NCBI GenBank assembly: GCA_963668645.2
Contig: CAXXWC010000015.1
Location: 1-64,000 of the forward strand
Direction: 5' to 3'
DNA: 64,000 nucleotides
DNA from: Desulfobacterales bacterium
Lineage (GTDB): Bacteria; Desulfobacterota; Desulfobacteria; Desulfobacterales; UBA2174
Of this stretch, positions 26,707 through 36,139 are shown in pieces. Both the position numbers and the translations under genes were made by a program. The notes under the pieces are model-generated. The model had not been told where the DNA came from. It saw nothing but the letters and a program-made list of their open reading frames with translations, and searched no databases. Position 1 is the first letter of the stretch. The number at the start of each line of letters is the position of its first letter.

Positions 26707-27054
26707 GACAAGTCTATTCTCAATCTTGGCAAACGGATGCTCCAAAGTCTCGGTTATGAGGTGCTCAGCGCATGCGGTTCTATCGATGCCCTGGAGCTCG
26801 CCGGCAAACACGATGGCAACATCGACCTGCTGATCACTGATGTGGTGATGCCGAAAATGAGCGGTCGCGATCTGTCCGAACGGATAGTCGAAAGCCATCC
26901 CGGCGTCAGGACTTTGTTCATGTCCGGATATACCGCAAACGTGATCGCACATCGCGGTGTGCTCGAAGAAGGGGTGCATTTCATACAAAAACCGTTTTCA
27001 AAGGAAGAGTTGGCCACCAAGATACGCAAAGTGTTGGAAGGTGGCAAAGAGTAG
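26707..27054 (+). pseudogene. receiver-domain remnant of a hybrid kinase
   Basis: DKSILNLGKRML..LLITDVVMPKMSG..LFMSGY..FIQKPF; the first beta strand (ILLVDD) is missing at the IS junction. Confidence 0.75.
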
Positions 27055-27151
27055 CAAGGTGAAATAGCCCTGAAAGAAATTCGGGAGCAGGCAGTGTCAA
27101 ATTTCACTACGTACGAGCGGTAAGTCTCGTGGGTAGCCCCATGATCGCCTT

Positions 27152-27286
27152 TCAGGCCGCCAGCATTTCGGCAATAGCGGCTTCCATCAGCTTGTCGTTT
27201 CTCGATTGTGATTTTTGCAGCTTCGCTTCGAGACCATCGCACAGGGCCATAAGTTGATCGATCTTTTTTACGATACGGTGTTGCTC
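27152..27286 (-). pseudogene. hsdS: C-terminal fragment of type I restriction-modification specificity subunit
   Basis: EQHRIVKKIDQLMALCDGLE matches the conserved HsdS C-terminal helix; nothing homologous upstream. Confidence 0.72.
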
Positions 27287-27460
27287 TGTCCCTTGCCCAT
27301 CTGAACAAACATGTCTATTTTTTCCTTGACCCATATCCCAATTGAGTACATTTTATGGATGTTCTGCTGGACTCATGAACCATCAACCGGCAGCAGCGCC
27401 TCCTCTTTTGAGCTTTAAACACCGCGCCTCTCTTCCATTTTAAGTTCACAAGGAGTCCTT

Positions 27461-27904
27461 ATGGAGCTCAAACAGCACGAAATCATCCAAATTCTCAGAC
27501 GCCGCTGCAACCTGAACCAGGGGGCACTCGGCGCGGCGGCCTTTGACACCTCTTTTGAATCCGGGCGGACGAAAATAAAAAATATCGAACTCGGCCGCCA
27601 GATACCGACACCGGACGACCTGAAGAGGATGGCCGCTGTGATGGGAGTGCTGGTTTCCGAGCTGGATCCCGCCCTAACCAGTGCCACACCGGTCCAGCGG
27701 CCCGCAGAGGAGGAGGATGGCGGCGTGGTCGTCCATCGCCGCGTTCTCGAGCGACTGCCAGGCGCGGACGTCTATATCGAGATGCTGAACAAGGCATTCC
27801 GCCTGGACGACCGCGAACTCATCGGCCACATTGCCGAAAAGCTCGCCGCTTTGTTTGCCAGTTTGACGCAGGAAAGCTTGTCTGCGACCACCGCTTCCAA
27901 ATAA
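27461..27904 (+). CDS. XRE-family HTH transcriptional regulator
   Basis: LRRRCNLNQGALG..IKNIELGRQIP..LKRMAAVMGVLVSEL; AAGGAG RBS. Confidence 0.85.
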   Translation: MELKQHEIIQILRRRCNLNQGALGAAAFDTSFESGRTKIKNIELGRQIPTPDDLKRMAAVMGVLVSELDPALTSATPVQRPAEEEDGGVVVHRRVLERLPGADVYIEMLNKAFRLDDRELIGHIAEKLAALFASLTQESLSATTASK

Positions 27905-27914
27905 GGAGGATGCG

Positions 27915-28220
27915 ATGCCCGCGCCAGTCGAAACATTTAGTCCGACCACCGACCTGTACTTGCAAATGCTGCGCGAAGCCCAGCGGGTCGAAGACAAAAA
28001 ACTGATCCGGCTGCTGCGAGACCGCCTGAAGCACGTTGGCCAACCTCCGAAGCTGACCTCGGCCGGTTGCGAAATCATCTGCTTTCCGGGCCGGGGGGGC
28101 CTGCCGGTGCCGTCTCCCATTCAAGACCTGCCGTTCTGGCCGCATTTCGGTTTCGGCGAGATTGCAGCCTTCGCAGCGATCTATTTACTGATGATCGCCT
28201 GTGACACCTATCTCGTGTGA
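27915..28220 (+). CDS. small predicted membrane protein sharing a helical motif with the XRE C-terminus
   Basis: Strong TAAGGAGG RBS, 10 nt after the XRE stop; hydrophobic C-terminus IAAFAAIYLLMIAC. Confidence 0.75.
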   Translation: MPAPVETFSPTTDLYLQMLREAQRVEDKKLIRLLRDRLKHVGQPPKLTSAGCEIICFPGRGGLPVPSPIQDLPFWPHFGFGEIAAFAAIYLLMIACDTYLV

Positions 28221-28767
28221 CGCCCTCCCGAGCGGTTCCACCGTACGACCGGCGCCGATGATAAGGCCGACCGCCGCTCCGGCAGGCGACGCCTGCCGAT
28301 GACAGGATAGAGATCCGCGCCGGCATTTTCACGTGCAATTCAACCCCGTTCCTGACTGCGAACCGTTTCCTGGGGATTTTTCCCCGATCCACCCCGCCAA
28401 ATCGATACCGCCGATGGCATGCCCATGGGGCAACCGGCGCTTACCGCCGCCTGCACGCAGGATGGCATGCAGGTGCATTGTCGCCACCTCCCTATCCCAC
28501 CGACAGATCCCCTATTGTACCAAATATCACTTGACAAAATGTACAAATTATAATTTAAAAACACTAATTGTACCCAAACACCGAAAAAAACCTTTCATCC
28601 ATTCAACCCAGGAGCAGCCGCGGCTTTGCCAGCCGCACCATGGCGTCAACCACCCACCGTGTCCGATGGAATCACCCGCGACCGCCGGGTGAACCATATA
28701 AAATATCAATGCGGCCACGCGCGGCTGTCAGGCCCGCTGGCCGGACAGCCGGGAAAGGGGAGGGCTT

Positions 28768-30540
28768 ATGCGCGGAACAACCTGGGTATACATCATGCTG
28801 GGGATTTACATCGTTTACTGCTTCTATTGGGGGTTGAAAGGGTATTTCACCGAGAAGACCTCGGCCGGCTATGCCATCGCCGGCCGCTCGATACCCTTTT
28901 TCGCCTTCCTGCTGGCCTCCACCGCGGCATCCTTCAGCGGCTGGACCTTCGTATCCCATCCGGGGGCCATCTACCTCTCGGGCCTGGCCTACGCGTTTGC
29001 CTCCTTTTACGTCCTGACCATTCCCATCACCGGAGCCTTCTTCGGCAAACGGACCTGGCTGATGGGCAAACGGTACGGTTTCGTCACTCCCGGGGACATG
29101 TACGCCTACTACTACAACAGCGAGGCCGTACGCTTTCTGGTGGTGGTCACCGCCTTTCTCTACGCGACCTTCTATTCGGCGTTGCAGCTCACCGCGGCCG
29201 GGGCCCTGTTTCATTACGTCACCGGCCAGCCGGCGGCTTTCGGGGCAATCTTCATGGGCTTTATCGTCTGGTTCTACATCTGCACTGGCGGACTCAAGGC
29301 GAGCACCTGGGTGGGGGTCATCCAGTTCATTTTGCTGGTGAGCGGCATCGTGATCCTGGGGGCCTATGTCCTGAGCCAGTTCGGCGGCTGGACCGAGTTT
29401 GCGGCCCAGATGGCCACGCTGGAGGCCCGCTATCTGGAGGTCCCCTCCATCATCAATTTTACGGTGGGTCAGCGCGCCTGGACCGGTGTGATGATCCTGT
29501 CTTACATGTTCGCGCTGATGGGCATCCAGTCATCGCCGGCCTTCACCATGTGGACCTTCGGCATCAAGGATCCCAAACCGCTGGCCTGGCAGCATGTGTT
29601 CATGTCGACCTTCATCGTCGGCTTTGCCCTGTTTTTCTTCACAGCCTTCCAGGGGATGGGGGCCATCATGCTTCAGAAGGCGGGGCTGCTGGAATTTGCC
29701 AGCGACCGGGATGTGGTGCCCATCCTCATGAAGAATTATCTGCCGCCGTTCATGCTGGGAGTTGTCTTTATCGGTGCCATCGCCGCCATGCATTCCACGG
29801 CGGCGCCGTATATCGGCACCGGCGGATCGATCCTCCTGCGCGACATCTGGTGGCGCTATGTGCGCAAGCAAGAGTGCAGCAACGCCGAACAGATCTGGGT
29901 CAACCGCCTTTTTGCCACCATCATCACCATCGCGGCCCTGTGGGTGGGGCTCACCTCGACGGCCGTTCTGGTCATGCTGGGAGGGTTGGCGACCGCCTTC
30001 GGCTTCGTCATGTACGTGCTGCTTTGCGGGACCCTCTGGGGACTGCGCTGGCCGTCCATCGGATCGGTTCTGGGGGTCCTTTCCGGCATGGTGGCGGTCT
30101 TTATCACCTATCGGGTCTATCCGGAGCCGCTCACGATCCATTGCGCGGCCTGGGGCACCGGGGTGGGACTGCTGGTGGCCTATGCCTGCCGCTTTTTCGG
30201 CTTGCGGGACAGCGAGGAAACCATCCAGCGCCAGCAGGAAGTCCGGCAATGGCTGGATCGTGTCGATGCCCCATCCGAATCCGGCAAGAAATGGCGCAAG
30301 GCCATGAAAGTACTTGTGCCGCTCTGGTATCTGTTCGCCATCGGTCCGGCGTGCATCATCGGCAACAACGCCTTTTCATTTGCAGGTTTCCCACCCCTGT
30401 GGTCCTGGCAACTGGTGTGGTGGGTACTGGGAATCATCATGATGTGGGCCCTGTGCTTCAAGGCCGAAATGTCCACCACCAATGAAGAACAGATCCGGCT
30501 GGCCAATACGGATACCATGATCGTGGTCAAGGAAACCTGA
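28768..30540 (+). CDS. sodium:solute symporter (SSS) family protein
   Basis: YAIAGRS, SFSGWTF..HPG, GGLKA..W, GAIAAMHST; many TMs; GGGGAGG RBS. Confidence 0.92.
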   Translation: MRGTTWVYIMLGIYIVYCFYWGLKGYFTEKTSAGYAIAGRSIPFFAFLLASTAASFSGWTFVSHPGAIYLSGLAYAFASFYVLTIPITGAFFGKRTWLMGKRYGFVTPGDMYAYYYNSEAVRFLVVVTAFLYATFYSALQLTAAGALFHYVTGQPAAFGAIFMGFIVWFYICTGGLKASTWVGVIQFILLVSGIVILGAYVLSQFGGWTEFAAQMATLEARYLEVPSIINFTVGQRAWTGVMILSYMFALMGIQSSPAFTMWTFGIKDPKPLAWQHVFMSTFIVGFALFFFTAFQGMGAIMLQKAGLLEFASDRDVVPILMKNYLPPFMLGVVFIGAIAAMHSTAAPYIGTGGSILLRDIWWRYVRKQECSNAEQIWVNRLFATIITIAALWVGLTSTAVLVMLGGLATAFGFVMYVLLCGTLWGLRWPSIGSVLGVLSGMVAVFITYRVYPEPLTIHCAAWGTGVGLLVAYACRFFGLRDSEETIQRQQEVRQWLDRVDAPSESGKKWRKAMKVLVPLWYLFAIGPACIIGNNAFSFAGFPPLWSWQLVWWVLGIIMMWALCFKAEMSTTNEEQIRLANTDTMIVVKET

Positions 30541-30584
30541 CCCCGAAAAAAATGGAAGCCGCTGCAGGCCGGAAAGGAGGCATA

Positions 30585-30671
30585 ATGAAAACCGAGGACC
30601 GTTATCTGCTTTTGGCAATCGGCATTATCGTTGGCTGGATAACTTTGATGGGCATGGGCATGTTGGGATAG
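30585..30671 (+). CDS. 28-aa single-TM microprotein
   Basis: AAGGAGG-CATA-ATG; MKTEDRYLLLAIGIIVGWITLMGMGMLG*; below the ORF-track cutoff. Confidence 0.6.
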   Translation: MKTEDRYLLLAIGIIVGWITLMGMGMLG

Positions 30672-30886
30672 CAGGCGGCTGCGGCCCCGCCGATATCCCT
30701 AATCGCAGGCGGAATCATGTTTCGCCAAAGCCCGCCGCTCTTTCCTATGCCCGGGACAAGGCCGGCGACGGGTGCCCAACCGGGGCATGGTTCCGCTTGC
30801 CTTCCTGCCGGGATAGATCGTTTCGACGTTACAGGTGCGTTCACCCGCCACCGTTGCTGCGCATCGGGTGCAGTGCGAGTGTTTGC

Positions 30887-31743
30887 TCAAAAAGAAATCA
30901 TCACCACGGCAGCCAGTGCGGCGCCCAGGCCGATGACCTGGTGGGGGTGAAGCGGCTCCTTGAGCACCGTGCGCGCCAGGATCACGGTGGTGGCCGGGTA
31001 GAGGGAGCCCACAACGGCGGCGATGTCCAAACGACCGATCTGGGCGGCCAGGGCAAACAGCACGTTACCGGCAGTGTCCAGCAGCCCGGCCATAACGACG
31101 GGCACCAGTGGCAGGGCTCGGATGGCACAACAGCGGCTGGAACTGCGCCTGCGGTGCAGCACGACCGCAGCCATGAAGACGATGGAGGCCGCGCGGGCGC
31201 TCACCAGCGGCCAGAGCACCGCTTCCGGGCTGGCCCGCTCGATGAGAATAAAAAAGAGACCGAACCCCGCCCCGGCGCACAGGGCCAGACGCCATTCACC
31301 ACCGCGGGCGGGTTGGGCGCGGTCTTGCCTGGAAAGCCACCACACGGCAATCAACGCCGTGGTGAAACCGGCCAGTTTGAGGCGGCCCGGAAAGCCCTCG
31401 GTAAACAGCGCGACCAGAACCGGCAGCAGGGCTGTTACCACCGCGGATACCGGCGCCACGATCCCCATGCGCCCCTGGGCAAGGCCGGTATAGAGAAAGA
31501 GGATGCCCAGGACACCGGCAATGCCCGCGGCAGCACCGTAAGCCAGCCGATCCGGCGGCGGCATCGATTCCCCCAAGGCCAGGGCAGCGGCGATCAACAC
31601 GATCCAGCCGATGATCTGGGATACCAGGACAACCCGGAAGACGTCGCCGTTCTTGGTGGCCACCCCGCCGCTGAAATCGCCCGCCCCCAGGTCAGGGCGC
31701 AGCCCAATCCGCAAACTATCGTTCCCATTGCAGGATCTATCAT
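30887..31743 (-). pseudogene. EamA/DMT transporter with a 1-nt frameshift
   Basis: MIDPAMGTIVCGLGCALTWG in one frame continues as AGDFSGG in another; the break is in a G5 run (C5 at 31684-31688); adding one base gives 858 nt. Confidence 0.8.
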
Positions 31744-31863
31744 CGGTCGCTTTCCGTTTTTTTCATGGGGTCATCCATACCGGAGGGAGGAGGCTAGCCG
31801 ATCCTTCTTCATAAGTAAAATTATTAATATTGATATCCCATAAAATATGCTAATGGACAGACC

Positions 31864-32766
31864 ATGCTGGATTACAAACTCTTGGAGGCTCTCGCCGCGG
31901 TGGTCGGGGAAGGCAGCTTCGAGGGGGCGGCGCGTGCACTGCACATCACCCAGCCCGCGGTATCCCAGCGCATCAAGCAACTCGAGGCCCTTGCCGGCCA
32001 GGTGCTGCTGGTGCGCGCGTCTCCGCCCCGGGCAACGGCGGCAGGGTCCCGCCTCATCAAGCACCTGCGGCAAGTTCGACAGCTGGAGGATCATCTGTTC
32101 CCCGACATCGGGATGCCGCCGTCGCGCCCCTTCAGCACACTGGCCATCGGTGTCAATGCCGACAGCATCGCCACCTGGTTCCTCGATGCCGTCGCACCGC
32201 TGCTGGCCGCCACCCCCGTGCTGCTCGATCTTCGGGTGGACGACCAGGAAAGGACCCAGGAGCTGCTGCGGACCGGTGATGTGGTCGGGAGCATTAGCAC
32301 CCTGGACGTTGCGCTGCAAGGATGCCGTGCGGTCTATCTGGGCGGGATGGCCTACCGGCTTTACGGCACCCGGGCGTATGCCGCCAAGTGGTTTGCGGAC
32401 GGGATGACCCGTAAAAGCGTCGAAACCGCTCCCTTCGTTGTATTCAACCGCTCTGACCGGCTTCATGAGAAAATGTGCCGCAGCGTCCTGGGAGCGGTGC
32501 CCGGAACACTCAATGCCCACTATCTGCCCTCATCCGAGCGTTTTGTCGCCTTTATCGAGGACGGTCATGCCTGCGGGATGATCCCCGAGCAGCAGATCGG
32601 CCAGCGGGTTGAGGAAGGAACGCTCATCGACCTGGCCCCGGGGCACGTGGTGGTGGAGCAGCTTTATTGGCATTGCTGGAATCTGCCGTCCCCCCTGTTG
32701 GCGGCCCTGACCCGGTGCCTGATGCAAGGGGCTGCGGCGGCCCTGCACCCGAGCCGCGACAACTGA
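31864..32766 (+). CDS. argP: LysR-family regulator, ArgP/LysG type
   Basis: MLDYKLLEAL..GSFEGAARALHITQPAVSQRIKQLE, IGVNADSIATWF, LYWHCWNL. Confidence 0.85.
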   Translation: MLDYKLLEALAAVVGEGSFEGAARALHITQPAVSQRIKQLEALAGQVLLVRASPPRATAAGSRLIKHLRQVRQLEDHLFPDIGMPPSRPFSTLAIGVNADSIATWFLDAVAPLLAATPVLLDLRVDDQERTQELLRTGDVVGSISTLDVALQGCRAVYLGGMAYRLYGTRAYAAKWFADGMTRKSVETAPFVVFNRSDRLHEKMCRSVLGAVPGTLNAHYLPSSERFVAFIEDGHACGMIPEQQIGQRVEEGTLIDLAPGHVVVEQLYWHCWNLPSPLLAALTRCLMQGAAAALHPSRDN

Positions 32767-32916
32767 AGATCTCTCACAAGACAACTTTCCTGTTCTCTCT
32801 TGATCGAATTCCTGCCCGGATCTGCCACCTGATTGAAACCGGATGGAGGCGGCTCTAAAGAGCGTCCCCCGGATTCCACCCTCTTCCCTGTTGAGAAAAT
32901 ATTGAGAACAATGGTA

Positions 32917-32945
32917 TTGACCCATAAGGATAGTTTTAGTACAAA
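32917..32945 (+). promoter_or_regulatory. putative sigma70 promoter of the ABC operon
   Basis: TTGACC, 17 nt, TACAAA in an AT-rich intergenic region. Confidence 0.5.
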
Positions 32946-33147
32946 AGATGATATCCATATCCTAACTAAACGTACAATCCATGCCGCCAATAGGATTAGC
33001 AGGATTCAAAAGGCGGCCTGTGTTTTTTCCATTTCGGCCGCGATTCCGCTGGGAGGCGGCTTCGGCCCGCCCTCTCGCCCCGGGTGGGCGAGCGGCAGGC
33101 AAGCCGCCGGTGCACGATCATCCGCATCATTCAAAGAGGAGGAAAGA

Positions 33148-34695
33148 ATGGGCACGCCGATTTTGAAACGACGTATGATGGTCTGGCTTCTCTCGGCCGT
33201 GATCGGCCTCCTCGGGCTCACCGCAGGCCGGGTCGCCCGGGCTGCAGAGCCGGAATACGGCGGCACGTTGCGCCACGTCGGAGAGCTGGAAGCCGCGGGC
33301 TTCGACGCCCTCCAGACCCGGGCACTCACCGGCACCGGCCGGCTGGCGGCAAGCCTCGTCATGGAAAAACTCTTCGAACGGGACGATGCCGGGGAACTGG
33401 TTCCGGCCCTGGGTCTTTCGCTGCAGCCCTCGCAGGACGAAACGGTCTGGACGATCCGGCTGCGGGAAAATGTCCGCTTTCACGACGGCACCCTGTTTAC
33501 GGCCGATGCCGTGGTGGACCACTGGCGCCGGCTCATCGACCCGCAGCTGCACTTCAGCGGCCGGATTTTCCTCACCCCCATCGCCGCCGTGGAAAAGGCC
33601 GGTCCTTACGAGGTGCGGTTCGTTTTGAAACATGCCTGGCCGGCCTTCGATACCTTCCTGACCTCGCCGATAGGATTCACCGCCTATATCCCGTCGCCCA
33701 AGGCGGTGGCCGAAGGCCGGCACCACCACGCACCGGTGGGCACCGGCCCGTTTATCTTCAAGGAGTGGAAGCGCGGGGACCGGATCGTGGTCCGCAAAAA
33801 TCCCGATTACTGGGACAAGGGGAAACCGTATCTGGACGAAGTCGTCTGCCGGGCCATCCCGGATCATGAGGCACGCTACGCGACCCTGGTCTCCGGGGAG
33901 GCGGACCTGATGATCACCGACCGCCCGTCGCACGTCAAGAAGCTCATGCAAAATCCGGATTTCGAGACCCATCCGGTCCACTGGCGGGGGGCCGGACTCC
34001 TCGCCCTGAACAACGCCCGCCCCCCCCTGGACGACATCCGGGTCCGCCGGGCGCTGGCCCTGGCCTGGGATCAAAAGGCGTATGTTGCGGCCAGCTTCAA
34101 GAACATCATGCCCGCGGTGACGCATTGGTACGGCGACGCCGTCGATTGCCGCGACACCGGCTACCCGGCGCCGGACCCGCAAAAGGCCAGGGCACTGATC
34201 GCGGCCTACGGCAAGCCGGTCTGCCTGGAATACATCCACAGCGCATCCAACCGGGGCCGCGAGGCGGGGATGATCATGCAGCAGATGTTCAAGGCGATCG
34301 GCGTCGAGGTGACGCCGGTGCCGATGGATTTTCCCGGCATCATGAAGCGTATTTTCAGCGAGGACTTCGATATCACCTCCTGGCTGATGCTGGGGTACAA
34401 CGACATGGGCCCCATCACCAAGGCGTACCTCCACTCGCAAAGCCGCTGGAACGTCTTTAGGTACGCCGACCCGGAAATGGACCGGCTCCTCGACGAACAG
34501 GAGCGGACCACCGATCCGCAGGTCCGGGCGAAGATCATGTGCGCCATCGTGCGCAAGGCCAATGCGGATATCCCCTTTCTCTATCTTTTCGGCCGCACCT
34601 ACTACGTCTTTGCGCGCAAGAACGTCCGGAATCTGGTCCTGACAAAAAGCGGCGAGGAAGAGATCCGGCTGGCCGGGATCTGGCTTGCACCCTGA
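33148..34695 (+). CDS. ABC transporter substrate-binding protein, family 5 (peptide/nickel)
   Basis: Signal peptide, LRENVRFHDG..FTADAV, PVGTGPF, NPDYW, VRRAL; GAGGAGG RBS. Confidence 0.92.
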   Translation: MGTPILKRRMMVWLLSAVIGLLGLTAGRVARAAEPEYGGTLRHVGELEAAGFDALQTRALTGTGRLAASLVMEKLFERDDAGELVPALGLSLQPSQDETVWTIRLRENVRFHDGTLFTADAVVDHWRRLIDPQLHFSGRIFLTPIAAVEKAGPYEVRFVLKHAWPAFDTFLTSPIGFTAYIPSPKAVAEGRHHHAPVGTGPFIFKEWKRGDRIVVRKNPDYWDKGKPYLDEVVCRAIPDHEARYATLVSGEADLMITDRPSHVKKLMQNPDFETHPVHWRGAGLLALNNARPPLDDIRVRRALALAWDQKAYVAASFKNIMPAVTHWYGDAVDCRDTGYPAPDPQKARALIAAYGKPVCLEYIHSASNRGREAGMIMQQMFKAIGVEVTPVPMDFPGIMKRIFSEDFDITSWLMLGYNDMGPITKAYLHSQSRWNVFRYADPEMDRLLDEQERTTDPQVRAKIMCAIVRKANADIPFLYLFGRTYYVFARKNVRNLVLTKSGEEEIRLAGIWLAP

Positions 34696-34812
34696 CCGGC
34701 GGGGCGAAAAGAGGACAGATTCTCTTCAGGCAATCATCCATCTCGGCAAAAGGCGCTCAAGCACCCCGCCGGCGCGCACGCCGTCCCGGACAACATGAAG
34801 GAGAAACAGGCC

Positions 34813-36132
34813 ATGAACACAGAACTGACCGGCTCCTTTAACGACTTGGTGGAGCGTCTCCTGGGGGATCGCATACCGGAATCGCTGGCGGCCGCCGTGC
34901 ACCTGCCGGAGCTGCCGGCAGAGACACACAGTTTCATCCGCCGCATGCTCCTGCTCATGAAAAAGGCCCGCTACCCGGCCGCTAATTTCAACCCGACCCT
35001 TATCAACTGGGTCACCACCACGATCCCGAGCGTTCTGCCCGGGGCCTGGGGCGGACGGATCCCGCCCATCACCGTGCCGCGACGCCATGAAGCGCTGGAC
35101 GCCTATGTAGCCCGGCAAGCCGGGGCAGCGGGGGCCGCACGCCCCCTCTTCGTGGACGTGGGATGCGGCTTTCCCCCCGACACCACTGCCGATACGGCCA
35201 GAAACCTGCCGGGCTGGCAGGTGTACGGGGTGGATCGGGCCTTTGCCGCCTACGTCCTTTACGATCCTGACGGGCATTACGCCTGCTTCGATGAAGACGG
35301 CCGCTTCCAGTATTTTCAGGGCTTGATGAACAGCGGCGGGCGCGCCCTCTACCAGGCGCCACAGGAGACCCGGCGCCGGTTCACCGAACGGTTCGAGGCG
35401 CTTTGCCCCCTGCTGGGGGAGTCGGATCCGGGCGCCAGCAAGACCGTGGCCCGGGACGGCCACCGGCTCATCCGCGACCACCTGCACGATTTCGAGACGG
35501 AGAACCTGCATTTTTTCCCGGCGGACATCATGGCCCTCGAAATTCCGCCGGCCCGGGCGATCCGTTGCATGAACGTTCTGCTCTATTTTAAACAGAAAAC
35601 CCGGCAGGAACTGCTGCGCCGTCTTGCCGGGCTCCTGGACGAAGGCGGCCTCCTGATCACCGGCACCAACGGCCTCGCCATTCAGACCCGCTATGCGGTC
35701 TACCGCAAACAGGCCGGAGAACTGGTCCCGGTGGAGTTCGCCTTCAGCCTGGACAATCTGGGCCCCATCTCCTTCATGCCCTGGTTCACGATCCGGGAAG
35801 ACGACCCTGAGGCCGCCTTTCTGGCCGCGCTGGCCGCCGCGGTGCGCAAGGATGCGGCCGTCTGGCCTGACTTCAGCGGCCGCCTGGACGCGCTGTTTCA
35901 GGATCACGGCATCTGCCGGCGCTGCCCGGACGGTTTCTTCCGGTTTCCGCGCCAGGAGCCGTCCTTGAGTCAATTTTTGACGACCTACCGGACCATCTGG
36001 CGTCAGGTGGCGGCCGAGGGGTACACCGGCCGGTGTGTGAAGACGCTCTCCAGGGCCGGGTTCGAAGCCTGGGAGAATCCGGTGGGTGATGTGGCGGTGC
36101 GGCCCCTGCCGGCACCGTTTTGGGTCGAATGA
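34813..36132 (+). CDS. uncharacterised class I SAM-methyltransferase-like protein
   Basis: FVDVGCG, VYGVD, and CheR-like IRCMNVLLYF..L..LLDEGGLLITG. Confidence 0.7.
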   Translation: MNTELTGSFNDLVERLLGDRIPESLAAAVHLPELPAETHSFIRRMLLLMKKARYPAANFNPTLINWVTTTIPSVLPGAWGGRIPPITVPRRHEALDAYVARQAGAAGAARPLFVDVGCGFPPDTTADTARNLPGWQVYGVDRAFAAYVLYDPDGHYACFDEDGRFQYFQGLMNSGGRALYQAPQETRRRFTERFEALCPLLGESDPGASKTVARDGHRLIRDHLHDFETENLHFFPADIMALEIPPARAIRCMNVLLYFKQKTRQELLRRLAGLLDEGGLLITGTNGLAIQTRYAVYRKQAGELVPVEFAFSLDNLGPISFMPWFTIREDDPEAAFLAALAAAVRKDAAVWPDFSGRLDALFQDHGICRRCPDGFFRFPRQEPSLSQFLTTYRTIWRQVAAEGYTGRCVKTLSRAGFEAWENPVGDVAVRPLPAPFWVE

Positions 36133-36139
36133 ACAGGGG

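Noticed and set aside
28600..28767. Riboswitch in the SSS leader
   Set aside because: Two hairpins are present but no conserved aptamer motif was recognised; an Rfam scan would be needed.
28626..30485. 619-aa alternative-frame ORF over the SSS gene
   Set aside because: Arg/His/Pro-rich off-frame translation with no recognisable domain.
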